Below the pieces are notes generated by a model. That model was not told the origin of the DNA, did no database searches, and saw nothing but the letters and a program-made list of their open reading frames with translations. Position numbers and translations under genes: made by a program. From a virus (Duplodnaviria > Caudoviricetes): a stretch of 29,271 bases of DNA. The DNA lies in IMG/VR virus record IMGVR_UViG_3300028586_000063, positions 1 to 29,271 of that record. One strand, given 5' to 3'. Shown one piece after another: positions 1 to 7,641 of the stretch. Positions within the stretch are counted from its first letter, which is position 1, and every line of letters begins with the position of its first letter.

Positions 1-75
1 GCAATCTACAACGCCGTAACCAAGCGTGAGGCCAAGTGGCACCATGCACTAAACCAACAGAGAGTAGGCACTTGA
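1..75 (+). CDS. 3' end of a truncated upstream gene (AIYNAVTKREAKWHHALNQQRVGT*), function undetermined
   Basis: Open frame from base 1 to TGA at 73-75, overlapping the next ATG (TGATG coupling). Confidence 0.6.
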   Translation, partial: AIYNAVTKREAKWHHALNQQRVGT

Positions 76-233
76 TGTACACTAAGGCACTGGCTGTAGC
101 CCCGGGCGCAGGAATGCTTGCTATGACCGGCCCACTTGAGCTAGGATGGCTTCTAGTTGCAGGATTCACACTCGTATTCGCGGGGCTGGCACTGCTTCAC
201 ATTCTGCCTCACTTCCGTAAGGCCAAGAATTAA
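75..233 (+). CDS. Small membrane protein (52 aa) with an LAXTG-like sorting signal
   Basis: ATG at 75 coupled to the upstream stop; LAMTG motif, hydrophobic helix and basic tail RKAKN. Confidence 0.75.
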   Translation: MYTKALAVAPGAGMLAMTGPLELGWLLVAGFTLVFAGLALLHILPHFRKAKN

Positions 234-252
234 CTAAGAGAACGGAGTCGCA

Positions 253-906
253 ATGAGTACCGCAACCCTGCCCATTCTTCAGGCAATCGACGCGCTGATT
301 GAGCGCGCTAACGAGCTGCACAAGGGTCTTCCTGAGGTGACCGTTGTGCTGGGCGCTGCTGGCTACACGAAGAAGAGTCAGGTGCACGGTCACTTTGCGC
401 CTAACTCGTGGCGTACCGAGAAGGGTCAATACGATCACGAGCTGATGCTCTCTGGCGAATCGCTTAGGCGAGGCGCTGAGGAAACCCTCGGCACTCTGCT
501 TCACGAGCTTGCACATGCTAAGGCCCATGCGGCTAAGGTCACTGACACGTCAAACAACGGGCGCTACCACAATAAGAAGTTCAAGGAGTTTGGCAACGAG
601 CTGGGTCTTGAGCTTGAGAAGGTCGAGACAATCGGTTGGTCCAAGACTACCCTTGCTGAGGGAACTGCCGAGCTGTACAAGGATGGCCTTGACCTCCTGC
701 GTGCAGCCCTAGTGAAGTACCGAGTTCCTAACTCGGAAAGCGGGGCAGCTACCAAGAAGCCTAAGAAGTTCCTGATGCAGTGCCCCGAATGTCTTGATCC
801 TATCCAGATTACGAAGAAGTGGGGCGAGCGTCAGCAGTTCAATGTGTTCTGCCAGACACACGAGGTTGACTTCGAGTTTTACGAGGAAGACCCGGATGGC
901 GAATAG
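253..906 (+). CDS. SprT-like zinc metalloprotease with C-terminal Cys/His zinc-finger
   Basis: GTLLHELAH (HExxH), downstream YHNKKF, CPEC...CQTH; RBS GGAG upstream. Confidence 0.8.
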   Translation: MSTATLPILQAIDALIERANELHKGLPEVTVVLGAAGYTKKSQVHGHFAPNSWRTEKGQYDHELMLSGESLRRGAEETLGTLLHELAHAKAHAAKVTDTSNNGRYHNKKFKEFGNELGLELEKVETIGWSKTTLAEGTAELYKDGLDLLRAALVKYRVPNSESGAATKKPKKFLMQCPECLDPIQITKKWGERQQFNVFCQTHEVDFEFYEEDPDGE

Positions 907-1315
907 CTATATTCACGCACAGGCGTCGGCCCGCCACTTCGGCGGGACCCCCGAGGATTACATCAAGATTCACGAGTGGATCGACCAGTTTAAGAGCGTG
1001 GTGGGGGATGTGCGACACCGTTCATTCCTGCACCACACTAAGGGCCCCTGGATGGCCCAGGAAGTATTCGGGCACTACATTGAGGTGTATGATGCCAAGA
1101 AGGAACGCACGATCAAGGTCATGGTCCGAGATGTGGCTGAGAATCACATTGTAGAAGACCTAGGCTTTCTTCCAAGCCCGGACGACTGGGTTTCCTGCAT
1201 GGAGTGCAAGGTCTGGATGGGCGGCAAGAAAAACAAGTACATCGGTCGTGAAGAGCTGAGGGAAGCGACCGTCTCTGTATACAACCCCTCACGAATCACT
1301 AATGGAGGCAACTAA
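896..1315 (+). CDS. DUF6915-like His-rich protein
   Basis: Start MANSYIHAQASARHFGGTPEDY, motifs RHRSFLHH and AENHIVED recognised from memory; ATG at 896 follows GAGGAAG. Confidence 0.7.
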   Translation: MANSYIHAQASARHFGGTPEDYIKIHEWIDQFKSVVGDVRHRSFLHHTKGPWMAQEVFGHYIEVYDAKKERTIKVMVRDVAENHIVEDLGFLPSPDDWVSCMECKVWMGGKKNKYIGREELREATVSVYNPSRITNGGN

Positions 1316-1788
1316 TGAGCAACGAGAACCTGAAGATCGACCGACCCATTGAGGGTGACATTACCCGCTACACCGGTAGCGAGCGTGTGGAGCAGGGCAC
1401 TGCTGCCGAGTTCCTTGCAGCTCTCGACGCAGTTCTGAGCATCGAGGGCGTCGATTCTGTGCGCTGGGACCAGTACACGCCGTACTTTAACGACGGTGAC
1501 CCCTGTGAGTTCGGAGTCAACGAGCGCGGTGTCAAGTTCGTTGACGGTGACGATGAGGCTGGTGACTACGAGGACGGGTACGTTGGAACCTGGGCGCTGA
1601 CGTATGCCAGCAACAGCGGATACCCCTACCGTCCCGAGAACGTTACGGATGAGCAGACTGCGGCCCTTGTCGCTGCCGAGCTGAACTTTGACCGGTTCGA
1701 GGACGTGCTCCGCGAAAACTTTGGCGACCCGGCAGAGGTTACGGCCACCAAGGATGGATTCAGCGTCGAGTATTACGAGAACGACTAA
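1315..1788 (+). CDS. Acidic hypothetical protein (WDQYTPYFNDGDPCEF motif)
   Basis: TAATG coupling to the previous gene, GGAGG RBS, strong phage codon bias. Confidence 0.8.
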   Translation: MSNENLKIDRPIEGDITRYTGSERVEQGTAAEFLAALDAVLSIEGVDSVRWDQYTPYFNDGDPCEFGVNERGVKFVDGDDEAGDYEDGYVGTWALTYASNSGYPYRPENVTDEQTAALVAAELNFDRFEDVLRENFGDPAEVTATKDGFSVEYYEND

Positions 1789-1802
1789 TTTAACCAAATA
1801 GC

Positions 1803-1831
1803 TTGACCTGATAGCCCGAGTCGATTAGACT
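1803..1831 (+). promoter_or_regulatory. Putative SigA-type promoter TTGACC-N17-TAGACT
   Basis: Hexamers at 1803-1808 and 1826-1831, intergenic, AT-rich upstream. Confidence 0.6.
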
Positions 1832-1840
1832 CGGGCTATC
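1810..1840. repeat. Perfect 13-bp inverted repeat (terminator or operator)
   Basis: GATAGCCCGAGTC-gatta-GACTCGGGCTATC. Confidence 0.85.
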
Positions 1841-1870
1841 GGCATTTACGAGAGACTTTGGAGGAAGATA

Positions 1871-2758
1871 ATGACTGAACTGATCCTTACCCGCGGGGTT
1901 CCCGCCAGTGGCAAGAGCACCTGGGCCAAGACCCATGCCGCCCTCTACGGGTACGTCCGCGTCAACCGCGACGACATCCGTAAGGAGCTGCACCTGAAGC
2001 ACGGCCAGGACGAGCAGCTGGTGACCAAGATTCAGCACAGCCGGGTCGAGGAGCTGCTGAGGAATGGTGTCCCCGTCATCGTGGACGACACGAACCTGGT
2101 TGCTCGCTTCGTCAAGGAGTGGCTGAAGATGGCGAAGCGTCTTGGTGTTCCCGTTACTTTCGAGGACTTCCCCATCGACTACCCGACCGCCTGTGCCCGC
2201 GACGACGGTCGATTCGACGACCAGGTGGGCCACGAGGTCATCAAGAGCTTCTTCGACCGCTTCGTGCGCAACGGTAAGCTGCCCGAGGTCCCGCAGCTGC
2301 CCACTGAGACGGTCGCTGCGTTCAAGCCCGCTGTGCGGGATAACAGTCTGCCCCAGGCGTACATTGTGGACACTGACGGCACTGTTGCACTCATGGATGG
2401 CCGCTCGCCGTACGACCCGACTCTGTACCACACTGACAAGCCCAATGAGGACGTGATTGCGCTTGTCGTTAGCCTTTGGGAGTTGGGATACACGATTATC
2501 GGCGTGTCTGGTCGTGACGAGGACTACCGAGAGGCTACCGAGAACTGGTGGCACGACCAGGGTGTGCCGTTCGAGGAGTTCTACATGCGCCCGTCCGGCG
2601 ACAAGCGCAAGGATGACATCATCAAGGATGAGCTTTACGAGAAGCACATTGCTGGGCGCTACAACGTCATGGGTGTGCTCGACGACCGTGACCGCGTGGT
2701 GGCTATGTGGCGCGCTAAGGGCCTGACTGTGTTCCAGGTCGCGGACGGTGACTTCTGA
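1871..2758 (+). CDS. pseT: Polynucleotide 5'-kinase / 3'-phosphatase (T4 PseT-like)
   Basis: P-loop GVPASGKS, NRDDIR, IVDDTN; HAD domain VDTDGT, SGR, LDDR, C-terminal QVADGDF. Confidence 0.93.
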   Translation: MTELILTRGVPASGKSTWAKTHAALYGYVRVNRDDIRKELHLKHGQDEQLVTKIQHSRVEELLRNGVPVIVDDTNLVARFVKEWLKMAKRLGVPVTFEDFPIDYPTACARDDGRFDDQVGHEVIKSFFDRFVRNGKLPEVPQLPTETVAAFKPAVRDNSLPQAYIVDTDGTVALMDGRSPYDPTLYHTDKPNEDVIALVVSLWELGYTIIGVSGRDEDYREATENWWHDQGVPFEEFYMRPSGDKRKDDIIKDELYEKHIAGRYNVMGVLDDRDRVVAMWRAKGLTVFQVADGDF

Positions 2759-2973
2759 TGGAGGCACTGAAGACGTTTCTGACGGGAATCGCAGCCATTG
2801 TGCTATTTGCCTACATTTTGTTTATTGCAGGTGCACTAGGATATACGGTGGCCTACGGGTTCGATTGGTATACCCTTGCCGCCCTGCCTGGGTGGACATG
2901 CGCTGCAACTATCTTCATTATGGCCCTGGGTTCTTTCATCCGGGGCGAGCCCAATCGCAGCGACTGGTATTAA
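2758..2973 (+). CDS. Small membrane protein (2 TM)
   Basis: TGATG overlap; two hydrophobic segments. Confidence 0.75.
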   Translation: MEALKTFLTGIAAIVLFAYILFIAGALGYTVAYGFDWYTLAALPGWTCAATIFIMALGSFIRGEPNRSDWY

Positions 2974-3036
2974 GCCCATGCGGGTAATTTCAGGAATTAT
3001 TTTTTCGCAGTATACGCGATATACGAATTAGGAGGC

Positions 3037-4131
3037 ATGATGGATAAGACGTACGCAGTAGACATCCTTGACTGGGAGAAGCTGATGGAGCATGTGGAGC
3101 GCAAGGAGGTGACGATGCGAGAGCACCCCAAGTTCCCGTACCTGGTGATCTTTAACTACGCTGACATCGTGGCGTTCAAGGGTCTGTGGACCAATGAGAC
3201 GCGACTGTCGCGTGGCCTGATTGTGAACATCGAGACGAACGAGGTCATCGCTAGGCCCTTTGCTAAGTTCTTTAACTACGGACAGCAGGGCGCGCCTGAG
3301 ATTGACTTGGACACTCCTATTCACCACGTGGGCGACAAGTTTGACGGTTCCTTGGGTATTGTCTTCCGCAACCCCTACACGGATGAGCTGGAGGTCGCTA
3401 CCCGCGGCAGCTTCTCCTCTGAACAGGCCCTACGTGCCACGTGGATGCTTGACGGATGGCTGGGCAGGCAGGAGACTTACCGCTTTTACATTGACGAAGG
3501 TCTCACGCCCCTGGTGGAAATTATCTACCCTGAGAACCGAATTGTTGTAGACTACGGCGATACAGAAGAACTTGCTGACCTTGGCGCTGTCCATAACAGT
3601 AGCGGCGCGTTCATCGCGCCACCCCGTGAGCCCATGTACGACCCTGTGACATTGCGTGACGTGCTGTCGCGCCCCAGCCGCGCTAACGCTGAGGGCTGGG
3701 TAGTTTGGCTTGACCATTACACGGCAGTAAAGATCAAGTACAGCGCGTACATCGAGCTGCATCGCATTGTCACTGGGCTGAACCGTAAGTCTGTGTGGCG
3801 AGCACTGAGCGAGGGCCACGACAAGTACCTTGCTCTGCTCGCACAGCTCCCCGATGAGCTGTACGCCTGGGCTGAGACTGTCGGCAACGAGCTGAACCGT
3901 TCCTACGCCCTGGAGATGCGCGCCATCGACGCAAACTACATCGTTCTGACTGAGATGTACGAGAACCGTGGTGGCAGCTTTGAGGAACTGGATCGCGCCC
4001 TGTTTGCCAGCCTTGTGCGAGACATTCAGATGCCTGCTAGCTACAAGTCGTTTATGTTCAGCCTGCTCGATGGTCGTGACATCCAGGAAAAGATTTGGAA
4101 GTCCATTGAGCCTGCGGGAGGTGAGCGATGA
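3037..4131 (+). CDS. RNA ligase, T4 Rnl1-like
   Basis: SRGLI, ARPFAKFFNY, motif I KFDGSLG, ATRGSF, EIIYPENRIVVDY, EGWV, VKIK; AGGAGG RBS. Confidence 0.92.
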   Translation: MMDKTYAVDILDWEKLMEHVERKEVTMREHPKFPYLVIFNYADIVAFKGLWTNETRLSRGLIVNIETNEVIARPFAKFFNYGQQGAPEIDLDTPIHHVGDKFDGSLGIVFRNPYTDELEVATRGSFSSEQALRATWMLDGWLGRQETYRFYIDEGLTPLVEIIYPENRIVVDYGDTEELADLGAVHNSSGAFIAPPREPMYDPVTLRDVLSRPSRANAEGWVVWLDHYTAVKIKYSAYIELHRIVTGLNRKSVWRALSEGHDKYLALLAQLPDELYAWAETVGNELNRSYALEMRAIDANYIVLTEMYENRGGSFEELDRALFASLVRDIQMPASYKSFMFSLLDGRDIQEKIWKSIEPAGGER

Positions 4132-4265
4132 GCGCTACGCTTGTGTGGATTGCAGCCTTTGTGATTCTCATGTTTGTGGGGATTGTTAATGTGCCTATCT
4201 TCCTGATCGGGCTGGTAGTCTGCGTCCTATTCGACATCGTTAACCCGTTTGGGGATGACTACTGA
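4128..4265 (+). CDS. Small hydrophobic membrane protein (45 aa), absent from the ORF track
   Basis: ATGA overlap with the ligase stop, GGAGG RBS; MSATLVWIAAFVILMFVGIVNVPIFLIGLVVCVLFDIVNPFGDDY. Confidence 0.7.
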   Translation: MSATLVWIAAFVILMFVGIVNVPIFLIGLVVCVLFDIVNPFGDDY

Positions 4266-4429
4266 TGACTAGCCGCGAGTATGCTAACGATGTACCTGCC
4301 TGGGAAATCGAACAGCGCAAGATGGAAGCACTCGAATCCATTGCTGAGAGTTTGCGGGGAATCAACTTCATCCTTGACAACACCACCGCACCTAACGGTA
4401 GACTGGTGGTGTTGCAAGGGGAATACTAA
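4265..4429 (+). CDS. Hypothetical protein (54 aa), absent from the ORF track
   Basis: TGATG overlap; MTSREYANDVPAWEIEQRKMEALESIAESL... Confidence 0.65.
   Translation: MTSREYANDVPAWEIEQRKMEALESIAESLRGINFILDNTTAPNGRLVVLQGEY
4372..4419. repeat. Inverted repeat containing TTGACA-N19-TAGACT
   Basis: CCTTG(a)CAACACCACC ... GGTGGTGTTGCAAGG. Confidence 0.6.
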
Positions 4430-4445
4430 CTAAGGAGGACCATCC

Positions 4446-4916
4446 ATGCCCAACCGTGGCGGGCGAGGTAAACAGTTCACCGTTCAGGAACAACTAGACC
4501 ACTATGGTTTTGCTGTTGATGAAAACGATTGCTGGAACTGGCTAGGTCCTATCAATGGCTATGGGTATGGGTGGTTTTCTGCGCTGGGAGAGCGCAAGCT
4601 AGTTCATCGAGTAATGTTGGGGGACATTCCCAAAGATAAACTTGCGTGTCATACATGCGACAACCGTAAGTGCGGTAACCCTAGTCACCTTTATGCGGGT
4701 ACGCACAAAGAGAACACCGCCGACATGGTAAAGAGGGGCAGGCAATCCAAGCTGCACGGTGAAAAGGGTGCGAATAGTAAGCTTTCAGCCTTGCAAGTCG
4801 AGGAGATAAGAGATAGGCTCAGCGCAGGAGCTAAGCAAGTAACACTAGCCCGAGAATTTGGAGTCAACGATTCAACTATTTCCCGCATCAAGACAAGAAA
4901 GAGGTGGCATGACTAA
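4446..4916 (+). CDS. Free-standing HNH homing endonuclease with C-terminal HTH
   Basis: CWNWLG, GYG, VHR, CHTCDNRKCGNPSHLYAGTHKEN; LAREFGVNDSTISRI; more AT-rich than neighbours. Confidence 0.92.
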   Translation: MPNRGGRGKQFTVQEQLDHYGFAVDENDCWNWLGPINGYGYGWFSALGERKLVHRVMLGDIPKDKLACHTCDNRKCGNPSHLYAGTHKENTADMVKRGRQSKLHGEKGANSKLSALQVEEIRDRLSAGAKQVTLAREFGVNDSTISRIKTRKRWHD

Positions 4917-6282
4917 GAGATTTGAGCTTTTTGATTGGCAAGAGGAAGATGTGCAGGCGTTTGTTGAGCACCCGAGCAAGTCTGGGTTCTTTGCATGGGA
5001 GATGGGCCTGGGCAAGACTCTCGCTGCGGTCGAGTGCGCTAAGCGCATCGGAGCAGAGCAGGTAATCGTGGTCCTCCCCCTGAACACTCGCCGTTCGTGG
5101 GCCAACACCGTCAAGGCTCAGATGCCTGACATGCCCTTCTACCGACTGGAGAACAGCAAGGGTCAGGTCGCTAACTTCATGCGTCTACGCTCCGGCGAGC
5201 GTGGCTTCTACGTCATCGGCTGGGAGCTGATGCGCTCCGGTGTGCTCACCGGACAGAACGCCGACCTCATCATCGCGGACGAGACGCACAAGATGGCGAA
5301 CTTCGGACGCAGCCAGCAGTCCGACCGCATTCGTGAGTTCCACTCCGAGTACAAGCTTGCCCTCTCGGGCACGCCTGCTGCTAACCGACCTGACGGCATC
5401 TTCTCGACCCTCAACTGGCTGTGGCCTGAGCGCTACCGCTCGTACCACCGATGGATCGATGACTTCTGGCGCACCCGCCGCAACGGTGCCGTCATCGACC
5501 TCGTGCGTGAGCTGACGCCGGGTGGTGTCATCGCTGACATCCCCATGTTCAGCCGCCGTCTGCGAGCTGACCACCGCGAGGATATGCCTGCCCGCCTGCC
5601 CGAGACGCCCGTCGAGATTGAGCTGACCCCCGGACAGCGCAAGCTTTACGACCAGTTCACCAAGGACTCTCTGGCGTGGGTCGATGACGACGATACCGGT
5701 GACACCAACTTCATCCCGACCTCTAACCCGCTGGTCAAGCAGCTGCGACAGATTCAGGTCTGCCTCGCTGTGCCCACGGTTATCGAGGGCGAGGTGACGT
5801 TCAAGGAGAACGCTAAGAGCGCTGGCATTGACGCACTGCTGGAGGTGCTGGAGCAGCTGGGCGAAGAGACGCTGGTTGTCTACACGCCTTCTGCTAAGCT
5901 AGTGCCTGTTGTGGTCGCACAGCTCCAGAAGAAGGGCATCAAGGCTGAAGCATTCTTCGGTGCCACTAAGCCTGCCAAGCGTGACGAGCTGATCGAGACG
6001 CTGGGCACTGAGTACCGTGTGCTGGTGGCTGGCATTGCTGCCATCGCCGAGGGCACGGACGGACTTCAGTACAAGTGCCACAATGAGTTCTGGCTGGGCA
6101 AGCACCCCAACGCTCTGCTCAACACGCAGTGCAAGATGCGTCTGGACCGTCCGGGACAGACGGATGCGATCAACAGCTGGTACGTGTATGCTGCTGATAC
6201 CGTCATGGTTGACCAGCTGGAGCGACTGGATGAAATCGAGGCCAACCTGGCTGAGATGCTTGACAACCACCCGAATAAGTAG
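4909..6282 (+). CDS. SNF2/SF2 DNA helicase
   Basis: EMGLGKT, IADETH, LSGTP, EGTDGLQ, RLDRPGQ; start placed at ATG 4909 after GAGGTGG. Confidence 0.9.
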   Translation: MTKRFELFDWQEEDVQAFVEHPSKSGFFAWEMGLGKTLAAVECAKRIGAEQVIVVLPLNTRRSWANTVKAQMPDMPFYRLENSKGQVANFMRLRSGERGFYVIGWELMRSGVLTGQNADLIIADETHKMANFGRSQQSDRIREFHSEYKLALSGTPAANRPDGIFSTLNWLWPERYRSYHRWIDDFWRTRRNGAVIDLVRELTPGGVIADIPMFSRRLRADHREDMPARLPETPVEIELTPGQRKLYDQFTKDSLAWVDDDDTGDTNFIPTSNPLVKQLRQIQVCLAVPTVIEGEVTFKENAKSAGIDALLEVLEQLGEETLVVYTPSAKLVPVVVAQLQKKGIKAEAFFGATKPAKRDELIETLGTEYRVLVAGIAAIAEGTDGLQYKCHNEFWLGKHPNALLNTQCKMRLDRPGQTDAINSWYVYAADTVMVDQLERLDEIEANLAEMLDNHPNK

Positions 6283-6291
6283 GAGGATAAG

Positions 6292-6669
6292 ATGAACGAC
6301 ACGAGCTATGTCGAGGTAAGCAATGACTACCAGCCCGGTTACTACGACGAGGGCTATGATGACGACCCGTGGAGCAGCGGCACGATTGCTGGGTACGGCG
6401 ATATCAAGACCGAGGTAATCGGTGAGCTTGCCGACCGTGTGCGTGCGCGAGCACACGCGGAAGGTGGTACGGTTTACATTGTGGAGCACCACTGGGACAG
6501 TGGCTACTGCGTGACCTGCTCCAGTGAGGAGATTGACTTCCGAGTTTTCATCGACGACACTCTGGTTTACAGCTCGCAGTTCTACGGGTATGGTAGTGAC
6601 GAGCAGGGACCTGAAGCACTAAACAACATTGCCGAGTTCAACGCTTGGCTGAACGGAGGAGACAAGTAA
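6292..6669 (+). CDS. Acidic hypothetical protein with CxxC
   Basis: AGGAGG RBS; SGYCVTCS. Confidence 0.8.
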   Translation: MNDTSYVEVSNDYQPGYYDEGYDDDPWSSGTIAGYGDIKTEVIGELADRVRARAHAEGGTVYIVEHHWDSGYCVTCSSEEIDFRVFIDDTLVYSSQFYGYGSDEQGPEALNNIAEFNAWLNGGDK

Positions 6670-7046
6670 TGACTGAACTGACTGACGCACAGCGGCAGGC
6701 CAAGATCGCACGACAGATCGTGGGACTCCAGGCTGAGATTGCAGAGCGAGCTGAGGCTGTGGATAACCTCAAGGCTAAGCTTGCTGAGCTTGTGGGCACG
6801 ACAACCGAGCCGGTGGTTGTGGGTGATAACGACAACGGGTACCAGCTCATCACTGTGTTCAAGGGCAAGGCATTCAACGAGGCGTACGGCAAGAAGGCAC
6901 AGCCTGAGCTGTGGGAGAAGCACGCCGAGTCCAAGAAGGTACTCACCTCTGCCCGAGCCAAGTCTGTGCTCACCGACGAGGAGTACGCGCTCTTCCAGAA
7001 GCCCAACGACAAGACCACCGTGAAGGTGGAGCTGGCTGATGATTAG
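6669..7046 (+). CDS. Hypothetical protein with N-terminal coiled coil
   Basis: TAATG overlap, GGAGGAG RBS, typical codon bias. Confidence 0.8.
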   Translation: MTELTDAQRQAKIARQIVGLQAEIAERAEAVDNLKAKLAELVGTTTEPVVVGDNDNGYQLITVFKGKAFNEAYGKKAQPELWEKHAESKKVLTSARAKSVLTDEEYALFQKPNDKTTVKVELADD

Positions 7047-7236
7047 CCTTACCCGCGACGAGGTAGAGACACGCGTTAGTCGCTATCTGGACAAGCTATT
7101 TGAGGAGCTGGATTACGTAGCACAGCGGGAGGGTACGAAGCCCAGCGAACTGGCTAGGCTGCTTGACCAGTCCTCATGGGGCCTAGGCGACGACTACCGA
7201 GAGTGGTTCGAGCAGGGAGATGAGGAGTATGTCTAG
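7039..7236 (+). CDS. Hypothetical protein
   Basis: Overlapping tiling with both neighbours. Confidence 0.7.
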   Translation: MISLTRDEVETRVSRYLDKLFEELDYVAQREGTKPSELARLLDQSSWGLGDDYREWFEQGDEEYV

Positions 7237-7516
7237 GGTTATTCACAAGACAACAATTCCGGTAGACGACCGTAGACACCACGTACGCCTTCCATTTGGG
7301 GCAGAGGTTACGGCGGTCAGTACCGTGCCTGACGATGTTACTCAGGTGGACCTTTGGTATGCCTTTGATCCGTCAGCTGGCGGCTACGACTTTGGTGCTA
7401 CGCACACATATGTCGTAGTGGGCACAGGCCACACGTTTGATGGCGCTGTAGTAGGTACTGCGCGCGCGGGGACATACCTCGTTTGGCACCTGATCGATGA
7501 GGGAGTAGAATCGTGA
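7229..7516 (+). CDS. Hypothetical protein (VVGTGH...VGT...LVWHL type, common in phages)
   Basis: Motif recall; overlapping tiling. Confidence 0.75.
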   Translation: MSRVIHKTTIPVDDRRHHVRLPFGAEVTAVSTVPDDVTQVDLWYAFDPSAGGYDFGATHTYVVVGTGHTFDGAVVGTARAGTYLVWHLIDEGVES

Positions 7517-7641
7517 GTGACGAAGAGTACATTGAGCTGCTGACTGAGGAAGACCCTTATGGTGAAGCTACGGAATCTGACTGGGAAGACTTCTGGTTGG
7601 TAACGGAATACATCGAGGACGAAGAGGAAGAGGACAACTAA
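7513..7641 (+). CDS. Extremely acidic 42-aa protein, absent from the ORF track
   Basis: GTGA overlap, GGGAG RBS, TAATG coupling to the next gene. Confidence 0.7.
   Translation: MSDEEYIELLTEEDPYGEATESDWEDFWLVTEYIEDEEEEDN

Noticed and set aside
1790-2767. 325-aa minus-strand ORF antisense to PNK, and similar long shadow ORFs opposite the helicase, primase, polymerase and tape measure
   Set aside because: Explained by strong codon bias of the sense gene, which suppresses antisense stops; no recognisable motifs.
2974-3036. AT-rich gap with two TATACG copies and a weak GTATA/TATAC stem
   Set aside because: No convincing -35 at the correct spacing and the stem is too short; possibly regulatory but not supportable.
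4858-4908. Longer upstream starts in the ORF track (helicase 4858; also 36, 794, 6645, 15413, 15992)
   Set aside because: They overlap upstream genes extensively; the downstream starts have RBSs and standard short overlaps.
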